A DNA stretch of 64,000 nt from Macrostomum lignano. Taxonomy: Eukaryota. The stretch is taken from positions 62,001 through 126,000 of the forward strand of contig NIVC01001667.1 in NCBI GenBank assembly GCA_002269645.1, read 5' to 3'. The notes beneath the pieces were generated by a model, which was given only the letters and a program-made list of their open reading frames with translations, was not told the DNA's origin and searched no databases. Below are positions 51,413 through 63,329 of this stretch, piece after piece. How positions within the stretch are numbered: the first letter of the stretch is position 1; every line of letters starts with the position of its first letter. Position numbers and translations under genes: made by a program.

Positions 51413-51822
51413 GAATCTTCACTAAACTAAATAATGTTGGCACATTAACCTATATTAATCGAGCATATAGTTAATATGACACTCCTCACTGCTGAAAAAG
51501 AAGCATTATTAAAGGAAAGAGAATTAGTGCTCTAGCGCAAAAGAAAATAAACAAAATAATTATGTAATATGCATGTGGGCCTGGCATTCAGGCTTTTATG
51601 ATCTGTACAAACAAATCATATTTTTAGTGATGATAAGAGTACAGCTAAACATGACAACAGAAACTCACATTGCATTTTATCGTGCAACAAGGCGGTAAAG
51701 ATTTTTTTAAATCCCTTTTTGTAGGAAAGAATTCCCTCGAAAGTTGTTGAACTTCGAAGCGTTTAAAATTGATAAAGGGACAGGGTAAAATGCTTTGATT
51801 AAATTGTTGAAAATATATATTG

Positions 51823-52239
51823 TTAAGCGTGCTCCAGCTTCACTTCTGTTGATGAAGCGTGAAGATGCTGCTGCTGATGCTGTAACATCATGTGATGCTG
51901 AGTTAAGTGATGCTGCTGTTGCTGCTGCAGTTGATGATGCTGCTGCTGCAGCTGCTGATGAGGCATCAGATGCGATGCAGCAACCGCTTCAGATAATAAC
52001 AGATTGGACATTGATGACGGACTGCCCAGCTGCACCGCACCGTCCTTGAGGCTGCCGCTGTTATTGTTATTATTGTTGTTGTTGTTGTGGCAGATGTTGC
52101 TGAAATCCTGCTCAGAGTGAGCACTCGAAATGTCCGCAGCCGCAGCCGCCGCCGCTGAAGGCTTCGAACCTCCGCCGCCGCCGCTGCTCTTCTTCTGTCG
52201 GCGCTCCTTGGCACGGCGGTTTTGAAACCAGATCTTGAT
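51823..52239 (-). CDS. Cdx: Cdx exon 3, helix 3 (IKIWFQNRRAKERR) and C-terminus
   Basis: CGCAG acceptor at the classical Q/IKIWFQN homeobox intron position; the AKER tail is typical of Cdx; total 453 aa. Confidence 0.97.
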   Translation of the reverse strand: MKIWFQNRRAKERRQKKSSGGGGGSKPSAAAAAAADISSAHSEQDFSNICHNNNNNNNNNSGSLKDGAVQLGSPSSMSNLLLSEAVAASHLMPHQQLQQQHHQLQQQQQHHLTQHHMMLQHQQQHLHASSTEVKLEHA

Positions 52240-52324
52240 CTGCGGGATATGGGATATGGGATATTTAAAGTGGATGGCTCTATGGTTAGGGAAACTTGAC
52301 CTTTTAGTAAATGTTGGTACACTT

Positions 52325-53035
52325 AAATGGGATCTGTTTGAATTCTACCTGGGATCTGTTTGAATTCTACCTGGGATCTGTTTGAATTCTACTTGGGATC
52401 CGTTGGGACTGTAGGATCTGTTTTGGGACTGTGGAATCTGTTTCGGGACTGTGGGATCTGGTTCGGGACTGTTGGTTCTGTTTTGGGACTGTGGGGTCTA
52501 TATTGGGACTGTTGGTTCTGTTTTGGGACTGTGGGATCTGTTTTGGGACTGTGGGATCTATATTGGGACTATGGAATCTGTTTTGGGACTGTGGAATCTG
52601 TTTTGGGACTGTGGAATCTGTTTTGGGACTGTGGGATCTGGTTCGGGACTGTGGGTTCTGTCTTGGGACTGTGGGATCTGTTTTGGGACTGTGGGATCTA
52701 TATTGGGACTGTGGGATCTGTTTTGGGACTGTGGGATCTATATTGGGACTGTGGGATCTGTTTTGGGACTGTGGGATCTATATTGGGACTGTGGGATCTG
52801 TTTTGGGACTGTGGGATCTATATTGGGACTGTGGGATCTGTTTTGGGACTGTGGGATCTATATTGGGACTGTGGGATCTGTTTTGGGACTGTGGGATCTG
52901 TTTTGGGACTGTGGGATCTGTTTTGGGACTGTGGGATCTATATTGGGACTGTGGGATCTATATTGGGACTGTGGGATCTGTTTTGGGACTGTGGGATCTG
53001 TTTCGGGACTCATTGGATTGCAGGACAGTGGGGAT
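52325..53035. repeat. 20-bp minisatellite TTTTGGGACTGTGGGATCTG (Cdx intron 2)
   Basis: Direct reading. Confidence 0.95.
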
Positions 53036-54229
53036 CTCGGGGACAAAAATTTTCAAAATAAGAAGCTCATGAACAGTTTGTTGCATACTCTGCACAGAAT
53101 TCCGAAATGATCAAAAGCCAAATTTAAAATTAATGCCTTCACGAATTTGAAGCCCACACAAACCCTGTCTTTTCTTCAGGAGCAAGATTTGTGACAATCT
53201 AGTTGGGCAACGCGGCAACAATGCAGATTAACAACAAGCATCAGAACTGCATCAGAAGTTTGATAATTGAAACTGATAAAAACTGTTCTGCTGATAATTA
53301 TTCTCCGAATATGTGAGCACAGCAGCGCAGACTGTGAGACCACGCCCCCTTTCCATTCCTATACGAGCGTATGTGTATGCATAGCGCCAATTTGCACAGT
53401 TACAAATTAATAAGTCAAAAGATTGCGTCATCAATCTCCCCTAGCAATAATATAACAATAGGATTATATAGAATAATATATACCATGACAGATCAGCAGC
53501 TAATCTTAGCCTTGTAAAAGTTACTCTAGTCAGAGTATAGAATGTGCCTAAATAACTAAACATGAGCATAGTTGTTTGTATACATGAGACAAGCGGGGAA
53601 ATTAGTCAACCATAACCGCGCTTGCAAAGATTTTTAGATAAATTTCAGTATAGAGAAGAACAATAGAGGTATATATGACACACTGGCAAATATATAGTAT
53701 AGAGCCTTAGATACCAATTGACCAGATCTTATAAATCCAAGGCGTGGAGGATGAATGAATGAATGGATGGGATGGATGGATGGAGGGGTCAAGTTTTGCG
53801 AGTCAGGCTCCGAGAAATGCACAGTGAAAGACAGACAATAAATTCCCCCGGTCACAACCCGTTACAGATCGCTGCTTTCGAGTTTCAGTTCTCTTTCCTA
53901 ATACAACAGACAGGCCTATTGCTGACCCACCTGCAGGACAAATAGGGTGCGGGAGAGGAGAGGAGAGGAAAGGTTGAGGGTTGCGTCAGCATTGTGTTAC
54001 CATGCAGAGTTGAAAATTTTATTTTGATTTGCGATCTCTATAACTATTATGTATACAATAGCCTCAAACCGCGTGCTCACTGCAGGAGTCACTCTATGCT
54101 CAGTTTGATCGGCTCACAAAATCAAAGTACGAAATCTTGATAACTTTCCGAGTAAACACAACTGTTTTGATTAAAACTTAGACAAGCTTAAAGAGCTTAA
54201 ACTTAGGGCGCGTTCTGAACCCGAAACTG

Positions 54230-54382
54230 CATGACAAATACCCGAAACTGCATGACAAACACCCGAAACTGCATGACAAACACCCGAAACTGCATGACAA
54301 ACACCCGAAACTGCATGAAAAATACCCGAAACTGCATGAAAAATACCCGAAACTGCATGACAAATACCCGAAACTGCATGAA
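54230..54382. repeat. 21-bp array CCCGAAACTGCATGACAAATA
   Basis: About 7 copies, about 50 bp from the exon 2 donor. Confidence 0.93.
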
Positions 54383-54433
54383 CCTAAAACTTTATTATCC
54401 CAAAAGCTAATAAAATTATGAGCATAGACTCAC

Positions 54434-54582
54434 CTGTCGCTCGGACAAATGCAGAATGCCGGACAATTCTGATTTTCTAGCCGAAGTTATGTACTTCTGA
54501 TAGTGATACTCCTTTTCCAGCTCAAAGCGCTGCTGGGAGTTGTACACCTGCCTGTATTTGTCTTGAGTCCGAGTTTTCATCT
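54434..54582 (-). CDS. Cdx: Cdx exon 2, homeodomain helices 1-2
   Basis: [40 protein letters not shown] is diagnostic of the Cdx class (KTRTKDKYRVVY); TTTCAG and GTGAGT sites. Confidence 0.97.
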
Positions 54583-54651
54583 CTGAAAGGCGAGCAAAGG
54601 AACACAAGGAAACGTATAGTATATTGTTCTTACCAGAACACCATTAAACCA

Positions 54652-55820
54652 TAGAGTGAGATAAACTGCAGCGACAGTGAGATAGAGTGAGATAAACTGC
54701 AGCGACAGTGAGATAGAGTGAGATAAACTGCAGCGACAGTGAGATAGAAGAGTGAGATAAACTGCAGCGACAGTGAGATAGAAGAGTGAGATAAACTGAA
54801 GCGACAGTGAGATAGAAGAGTGAGATAAACTGCAGTGACAGTGAGATAGAGTGAGATAAACTGCAGTGACAGTGAGATAGAGTGAGATAAACTGCAGTGA
54901 CAGTGAGATAGAGTGAGATAAACTGCAGCGACAGTGAGATAAACTGCAGTGACAGTGAGATAGAGTGAGATAAACTGCAGTGACAGTGAGATAGAGTGAG
55001 ATAAACTGCAGTGACAGTGAGATAGAGTGAGATAAACTGCAGTGACAGTGAGATAGAGTGAGATAAACTGCAGCGACAGTGAGATAAACTGCAGTGACAG
55101 TGAGATAGAGTGAGATAAACTGCAGTGACAGTGAGATAGAGTGAGATAAACTGCAGTGACAGTGAGATAGAGTGAGATAAACTGCAGTGACAGTGAGATA
55201 GAGTGAGATAAACTGCAGCGACAGTGAGATAAACTGCAGTGACAGTGAGATAGAGTGAGATAAACTGCAGTGACAGTGAGATAGAGTGAGATAAACTGCA
55301 GTGACAGTGAGATAGAGTGAGATAAACTGCAGCGACAGTGAGATAAACTGCAGTGACAGTGAGATAGAGTGAGATAAACTGCAGTGACAGTGAGATAGAG
55401 TGAGATAAACTGCAGTGACAGTGAGATAGAAGAGTGAGATAAACTGCAGTGACAGTGAGATAGAAGAGTGAGATAAACTGCAGTGACAGTGAGATAGAAG
55501 ATTGAGATAAACTGCAGTGACAGTGAGATAGAAGATTGAGATAAACTGCAGTGACAGTGAGATAGAAGATTGAGATAAACTGCAGCGACAGTGAGATAAA
55601 CTGCAGCGACAGTGAGATAGAAGAGTGAGATAAACTGCAGTGACAGTGAGATAGAGTGAGATAAACTGCAGTGACAGTGAGATAGAGTGAGATAAACTGC
55701 AGTGACAGTGAGATAGAAGAGTGAGATAAACTGCAGCGACAGTGAGATAGAAGAGTGAGATAAACTGTAGCGACAGTGAGATACAGAGTGAGATTAACTG
55801 CATTGACAGTGAAATAAGAG
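54652..55820. repeat. 21/31/34-bp variant minisatellite GTGAGATAAACTGCAGYGACAGTGAGATAGA (Cdx intron 1)
   Basis: Direct reading. Confidence 0.95.
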
Positions 55821-56439
55821 TGACAGTAGTGAATATAAACAAATCACAGATACTTATATAGCCAATATTTAAAAATAAAAAGCAATTTTGAATTGAACCC
55901 ATGCAGAAGGTGGGAATGGAATGCAATAAAGGTGCTAAACTGCAGCTGCTCGGTAGAATGTGACCGTAAAAAGACAGAGAAAATAAACTGCCTGGTTAGA
56001 GAAGAAAAGAGGTTAGAACCCCTCGAAAACATCCCTAAGAACTTGTCATTGTCATGTCATTATACTTAAGGAATGCTGCTTCGTGAATTCAGAGTTGTAC
56101 TGCTCATAATTTTGCTGAATTCCTACTGTTATGAATCCCACGAGTATAACAGATGCGCGTATTTGCACAAAGCAATAGAAAGAATGCCATGTTGAAGCGA
56201 TTACGCTGTAAAACTGTATCTATGCTTAGACAGTAGACACGAGACAGCTATATCTGTGTGACAACTGGCTGGGTTGTCACACTTGAAACCAATGTTCTAA
56301 CAGCTTCGATTGCTCTATAAACTATTTATTTTTGTTGCGCCTCCTTTAAGGAGCCAAGATTAATTTGACCTCGAATGTTAGTGTGACAAGAGTACAGCCG
56401 AATCCATAAATACAGATTCTCATGGCACTCTGGTTTTTG

Positions 56440-56765
56440 GAATCCATGGTTTAAGGGATCCATGGCTTTAGAGATCGATGGTTTTATGGATCCATGGTTT
56501 TGGATTTCTGGTTTTGCGGATCCATGGTTTTGGTGGATTGCGGGTTTTGAGGATCCATAGTTTTTGGGATCCATGGTTTTGGATTGTGGGTTTTGAGGAT
56601 CCATGGTTTTTGGGATCCATGGTTTTGGATTGTGGGTTTTGAGGATCCATGGTTTTTGGGATCCATGATTTTTTGGGAATCCATGGTTTTTGAGATTCAT
56701 GGTTTTTTGGATTTCAAGCTTTGGGGATCCATGGTTATAGGGATCCATGGTTTTGGGATCGCTGT
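56440..56765. repeat. Degenerate GGATCCATGGTTTT array
   Basis: Direct reading. Confidence 0.88.
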
Positions 56766-57654
56766 TTTTTAGGTTTTAGAGGCCCCCTAGGGATCCCACC
56801 AAAAATCTCTATTTAGGGGCGCTAGCAGTGGCGGCCGTGTTTCAGGGGCACCGGTCCCTGTTTAATTTTATGCAAACTCTTTTCTACCTTACGGATGCAT
56901 GCGCGCAGAGGTTGCACAGAAGTTGCAATGGCAGGTGAATAAAGCATTTATAGCTTTCATAGATTAAAGGCTGCTTATTGTTTGTTGCTATGGGCCGGCG
57001 CACGACTGCAGCAAACACGAAGGAGGGTCATAAAACATTAATAATGCCAGTCAAGAAGATATCAACTTGACTCCCGAGTTCGACTTTGTCTTTGTCCTCG
57101 GTTGATCGGTGGGCGGATTTTAAGAGAGCTGCTGGTGCAATATCAATGATTGCCGCGCTACCTACTTGCCTTAGATGTATGGATATTTATTGCATTATTA
57201 CCCGAAAACGGAGTTTCTGTTCGGTAATAAATTAATCAGTTCAGTTGGTACCCATATCCCTAAGGATATTGGTTGGTGGGAGGACAAGATAAGTGGATGC
57301 CCTTAGAGACGCAATCTGCATAAATTCTTTCTGCATGGTGTTGTGTTTCCCTGTGACCTCAAGCTCAAGTAGCTTCTTTTTTTCGCCGGAAAAGTTAATC
57401 TAATGGATTAATCGGTCCGTAGGTTTTCTAGTTTAGTCCTGCTGAGACTTGGATTTACCTTTATATCTCTGGCTAGGAATCATCATGATCTCGCCAATGT
57501 TTCTCGTTGATATTACGAAAATCAACGATTTTATAGAGAAAATTTAGAACGGGGCGCTTATTACTAAGATACATGTATATGCGTATTAGGAACAAAATCA
57601 AACTCGATGGGGGACACGCCCTGTGCGCCTCCCCCTATATCCGCTACCGATCTT

Positions 57655-58500
57655 TAGTCTCCTGACTCTCCTATCTATATCTAGTCTCCCGATTGACTCT
57701 CCTATCCAAATCTAGTCACCCGATTGACTCTCCAATCTATATCTAGTCTCCCGATTGACTCTGCTATCTATCTTTAGTCTCCCGATTGACTCTCCTATCT
57801 ATATCTAGTCTCCCGATTGACTCTCCTATCTATCTTTAGTCTCCCGATTGACTCTCCTATCTATATCTAGTCTCCCGATTGACTCTCCTATCTATATCTA
57901 GTCTCCCGATTGACTCTCCTATCTATATCTAGTCTCCCGATTGACTCTCCTATCTATATCTAGTCTCCCGATTGACTCTCCTATCTATATCTAGTCTCCC
58001 GATTGACTCTCCTATCTATCTTTAGTCTCCCGATTGACTCTCCTATCTATATCTAGTCTCCCGATTGACTCTCCTATCTATATCTAGTCTCCCGATTGAC
58101 TCTCCTATCTATATCTAATCTCCCGATTGACTCTCCTATCTATCTTTAGTCTCCCGATTGACTCTCCTATCTATCTTTAGTCTCCCGATTGACTCTCCTA
58201 TCTATATCTAGTCTCTTGATTGACTCTCCTATCTATATCCTGTCTCCCGATTGACTCTCCTATCTATATCTAGTCTACCGATTGACTCTTCTATCTATAT
58301 CTAGTCTCCCGATTGACTCTCCTATCTATATCTAGTCTCCCGATTGACTCTCCTATCTATATTAATATTAGTCTCCCGATTGACTCTCTTATCTATAGTC
58401 TCCCGACTCCTATCTTTAGTTTCCTTTCTGTAGTCTCCCGAATCTAATACATGTATCTAGTCTCCAACTTTACTATCTCTAGTCTCCTAAATCATATCTC
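57655..58500. repeat. 31-bp minisatellite CTCCCGATTGACTCTCCTATCTATATCTAGT
   Basis: Direct reading. Confidence 0.95.
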
Positions 58501-58585
58501 TAGGTCTCCGACTTTCTTACCTCTAGTCTCCTGACTCGCCGATGCTCATTTCTCATCTCATCACCAGAGCAAAAGCGCAACTCAC

Positions 58586-59381
58586 CACAGCTGACCCGTC
58601 GCTTCTGCCGCCACGATTTGATCATCTCCTGCTGCAGCCGGGTCGCCTCGCGAACGTCCATCACGTCGTCCATCGGATCGTCTTGGTGCGGCGGCGACAG
58701 GGCCTCGTCGGAGGAGGCCTGGTCTCCCGTCACCACCGGGTTGGGCAGCGAGGAGGCAGCCGCGGCGGCGGCAGCGGCTACCGCGGCCGCGGCTGCTGAA
58801 GAAGCCGAAGTGCCTGTCGATGCCGCCACCGACGACTGCTGCTGGGTGCGGGCGGCGTTGGCAGACTGGAGACTTGATGCCGACGAGGTCAGCGGCAACG
58901 GCGCCGCGGCCGCCGCCGACCAGTTTGTAGCGCAGGCGGCGTGCATCGAGGATGTCAGCGGCCCCGCCAGGCTACTGCTCGCGGCTGCTGCAGCTGCGGC
59001 GGCGGCAGCTGCGGCGGCGGCTGCTGCAGCGGCTGATGGAGTTGAATTCTGTGACTGATGCTGCATCAGCGAGCTCATATTTGCTGAGTTGCTGAAGTTA
59101 TAAGCCTGATGCTGATGCTGCTGGTTGTGATGAGGCTGCTGCTGTTGATGATGCTGGCTAGGGTGCAGTGGGTGCTGCTGCTGCAAAGGAAGCTGATGAA
59201 GCGCGCCGGGATGCTGCACGCACAGGCTGCAGAGACAGGGCCCAGCTGACGGATGCTGCTGGTGCTGTGAAAACAGCAGGTGATGCGGCTGAGCCGGAAA
59301 CTGGTACTGCGGCTGATTGGCGGCCAGGAAACCTGCACCGGAAATGGGGCTCCAGGAGGACGTGCTAGACATGGCTGCCAT
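58586..59381 (-). CDS. Cdx: Cdx/caudal exon 1 (Q/H/polyAla-rich N-terminus)
   Basis: ORF from ATG 59381; strong donor TGTG|GTGAGT, phase 1, just upstream of the homeodomain as in other Cdx genes. Confidence 0.88.
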
Positions 59382-59623
59382 TTGCTTTCAGTCAGTGATG
59401 AAGAGCTTTTGTTAATTGGGGGAAAACTTTGTATAATTAGAAGTGTCAACAAGGCGGGGAGTTGCGGAGCAAAGAGAAATTGATCCACAAACCACAATCC
59501 AACTGGATATTAACAGGTAGCGGCCAGGTAGTTGAGTTTGTTTTCTCTGCCTTTTCGCTCTCTCTCTCTCTAACTTGTCTTTCTTCTTTACACAGAGACG
59601 CCGACACGGAGCGAGTTGACTGT

Positions 59624-59634
59624 TTCTATATATT
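59624..59634 (-). promoter_or_regulatory. Possible TATA-like element of Cdx
   Basis: TAATATATAG on the minus strand about 250 bp upstream of the ATG, at the edge of a GC-rich region; position only. Confidence 0.25.
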
Positions 59635-59768
59635 AAGTGAGTGAGACCACTTCAAGTTCTGCGCTCTTGGGCGGCGGGACCACCTATTTTAACACCCCCC
59701 CGCTGTGAGAGTGGGGTGTGGGGTTTCGGAGTCAGAAATTAGAGGGAGGAGGTGCAGGACGGAGGTGG

Positions 59769-60090
59769 GGCGGCGGTGGCGGCGGCGGCAGCGGCGGTGG
59801 CGGCGGCGGCAGCGGACAAGAACAGAAGATCAAAGGAAGCCGCTCGGACGCTATTGGCTCCGCGCGCTGGGTATGAGGGGGGGGGGGGAGGGGAGGGGAG
59901 GGAAGGGCAAGACTGGAGCGCGGCCCTCTAAACTATGAGAGTATCAGTGGCATTATGAGGTGGCGTGGCTTTTTGACCGCCGGCCCACCTTTTCCTGGAC
60001 TTGACTCTCTCCCCCTCTCTCTCTCTCCACCCCCTTTCTCCCTACCCCCCACCCAAGCGCCGGAGTCCGTTTGATCTCTGCCGCCTCATT
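59769..60090. promoter_or_regulatory. Cdx upstream region with TCF/LEF sites and Helper-like GCCGCC motifs
   Basis: AGATCAAAGG 59827-59836 beside a GGCGGC run (59769-59812); CGTTTGATCT 60068-60077 followed by GCCGCC 60080-60085. Confidence 0.5.
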
Positions 60091-60549
60091 AACAGACGAG
60101 TTTGCGGACCAGTGGCCCAGTGCTAGACTGCTAAAGCTAGGCTTGGGGAGGCCTGCCCGCCGGCGTATAACTGGCTAGGAGCTGATTCAGCCAACCAAAA
60201 AAGGGCAGTTCTTCTAAAACCCTTCTAAAGCTGGACTATTGGAATTCTCCGCCCCCGGGTCCCGTTGTGTGTGTGTGTTGGTCTTGGACCCCCTGTCGGT
60301 TTTATATCACCTTTGGTTGGAGCCAGTGGAAGCCAAGCCTTGGGATTTGGCACAGCGCTAGAGAGGGGTTGAGGGGTGCAGCTGTAAGCAACTGCATCCC
60401 CTTCCAAGTTCCTTTCAAGTTCCTTGAAGCCAAGGGGAACTAAAAAAGGCCTTAAAATTCCCCGACGTTACAGAGTACTTACAGACTAAAGACAAGAAGA
60501 CCTCCCAAATTTATACTATTGCACTGGACTCTAAAAAGCAGCTGAAATC

Positions 60550-61042
60550 CGAATGACACGCCTGAACTTCAAATGACACACTTGGAATCCGAATGAAATA
60601 ACCGGAATCCGAATGAAACAACCGGAATCCGAATAACACACCTGGAATCCTAATGACACATCTGAACTTTTAATGACACACCTGGAATCATAATGGCACG
60701 CACACCTGGAACCCTAATGACACACCTGGAATACTAATGACACCTGGAATCCCAATGGTACACCTGAAATCCTAATGACACACCTGGAATCCTAATGAAA
60801 CACCTGAAAACTGGAATCCTAATGACACACCTGAAAACTGGAATCCTAATGACACACCTGAAAACTGGAATCCTAATGACACACCTGAAAACTGGAATCC
60901 TAATGACACACCTGAAAACTGGAATCCTAATGACACACCTGAAAACTGGAATCCAAATGACACACCTGAAAACTGGAATCCTAATGACACACCTGAAAAC
61001 TGGAATCCTAATGACACACCTGAAAACTGGAATCCTAATGAC
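60550..61042. repeat. Graded 20- to 27-bp array ACACACCTGAAAACTGGAATCCTAATG
   Basis: Homogeneous from about 60790; abuts the mariner fragment. Confidence 0.93.
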
Positions 61043-61746
61043 GTTAGGTTTGCCGAGTTTCGCAGTGGCCGAGCGTCGCTTGAAGACGCAGCCCGGCCTG
61101 GGCGTCCTGTGACTGTGACTGCCACGTCGGATGCGGACGCAGCTGCTGTGCAGCAGCTGGTGGACGAGGACTCACGAGTGACGGTACAGCAAATAGCCAC
61201 TGTCCTGGGTAACTCATCGGGAAGTGTCACCACAATGCTGCACAAGCGGTTGTGCCTGAGCAAGGTGTCCTCACGATGGGTCCCCCATCACCTGACTGAG
61301 GGTTGAATGGTGCCGCTCCATGCTGCGCAGGTTCAACGGCGGCAGCTCAAACTCGGTGTCTGAGGTCGTGAGAGACCTGGGTGTACAGCTACGACCCTGA
61401 GTCCCAGCAGCAGTCGGCGCAGTTTCTGCAGCAGCAGCGAGTGCAGCAGCTCGGCCACTCGCCGTACAGCCCTGACCTCGCACCGTGCGACTTCTTCGTG
61501 TTCCCTGCGGTAAAGCGGCAGCTGAAAGGAACTCGATTTGAGTCGCCAGAGCAGGCTGTGCAGGCCTTCTGTGAGCGACTCGAGGGGATCCCGCATTCCG
61601 AGTGGTGCAGCTGCTTTGTCACTTGGTTTACGAGGATGCAGAAGTGCATCGATGCTGCTGGGGACTACTTTGAGAAGTAGCGCACTGGGTTTTAGTTCTT
61701 GCTGCTAGTAGCCAGTCGTGTCCGGAAATTTATTGAACCCCCCTCG
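61043..61746 (+). mobile_element. Internally deleted mariner (Tc1/mariner) element, transposase pseudogene
   Basis: FAEFRSGRASLED..RPGRP, WVPHHL, ETWVYSYDPE, HSPYSPDLAPCDF, GDYFEK*; right TIR ...AATTTATTGAACCCCCCTCG followed by TA; the left end is missing. Confidence 0.93.
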
Positions 61747-63329
61747 TAATTGACCGCTGGTTTAGTCAGTGCAGCCACGCGGCTAAACGCCGAACAATTT
61801 CTGATAGAATATTTAGGGATATTCACAGAGATTTCACTAGAAGCTACCCATATTTTACAATATCAGAAAAAGCAGCAAACCTATGGGTGAAATTAATAGC
61901 GTGGCTGCTGCATACATAATCATAATTTTTGGAATATATAGCTTCATCAGCAGGAGCGCTGAGGCGATGGGGATGTGTATATAGGAAAAATTCTGAACGG
62001 GATTTTCGCACAGATTAAATCCAAAAACTAATCCCAGAAGCTCAAATTGGATTAAGGAAGCAATATATTGAAGCATCACTTTTTACGACGCAACTCTCTC
62101 CTCCCCTCCCGTTACTGTCCCCCTCCCCCCCAATAAACAGTAATTAATTCTTGCATTTACAGCGCTATAAAATCAACACAGCCGTTTGCGCGGTGCAGCG
62201 CCTGAGCTCTCAATCCTTCCCGTTAATCCTTGCCGTCCTCGTTGACACTTCGGCTTTGGCCGCGGCTAGACTTGTATGGAAGGGACTTGGTAGCTAAGGA
62301 CGCCTGGGGAACACTTGAAAAGGTACCAGTAGTTGCTAGCCCTAGAAGAGATTCCAAACGGGTTGCTAACGACACTAGAGCAGGTACCGATCGAGCCTCG
62401 AGCCTCGGGCCTCTAGAGGGGTTCCAATGGGTTCTGTAATCCTGCAGTGTGTGGGATTCTGTAATCTTGCAGTGTGCGGGTACAGAATTATAGAGATTTT
62501 TTACCCCAGCTGAGTATACAAGCAGCTCTATAATAGGATTATAACAAATTCCAAATCTGCATTCAGAAGCGCAAGATAAAATTATTTGCAAAATTTCATA
62601 CGCAACAAGCCTACAAGTTCGAACAAGAGCATACAGCTGCTATCAGGAGTTATGCAACAATTGAAAAAGAATTTCATAGATCAAGTGACGTCTATGTAAG
62701 TGCAGGGCAATCAATATGGTTTAGAATACTCAAAGCTTTGAGCGGGTATGCATACAACATGCACATCGAGTTCATCTCCTCAAATCTGAATCAAGCTTAG
62801 TTTCACTTGTTATCGAAATTAGCTTGATATCAACTGACAATGGAGGCAGATTACCTCTACAGGAAGGAAGGTTTGTGTGTATGCACATTTCTGTTCCAGA
62901 TAAACAGTTCCGAATTCAGACTCCAGACTCCGCGATGACGATTCACAGTTTCACAAAGGTAAATAAAAATAGATCTCTAAATGCGCATATACTCGTAGCG
63001 GATCACCGGCCCAGCGCTACGTAGTGCGATTATAGAAAGCATGATGAAATGAAAATGAGTACACGAATGTTTGATCGAATTTTCCTACCGCAAGTGACGC
63101 AATGCAATTCACACCCGCACGCCCCGCGGTTTTCATCTCGTCTTAACTGTGGGCGATGTAATTTGCGTCCCAAGGCCCTGGCTTAGGCCGAGGAGGAGAG
63201 AGTGGAACGCTATGGCCACAGTTGGATTAAAGTTGCCCCCTGTTGACCACTGCATGCTTTCGGCGTTGGAAAAGAGAAAATGCGAAGTCAAAAAGGAAAG
63301 ATGAGATGGCAGGAGAAGAGAAGAAAGGT

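Noticed and set aside
52360-55926. Long Cys/Trp- or Leu/Ser-rich ORFs (52360-53110, 54577-55926) and similar ORFs in other arrays
   Set aside because: They are translations of intronic minisatellites, open in multiple frames.
56826-57649. hAT transposase remnant between TIR-like ends
   Set aside because: The two ends do not match each other well, there is no TSD, and I found no recognisable transposase motif by hand.
62165-62439. TATA-like TATAAAA followed by a 69-aa ORF
   Set aside because: TTG start, no recognisable motif, no other support.
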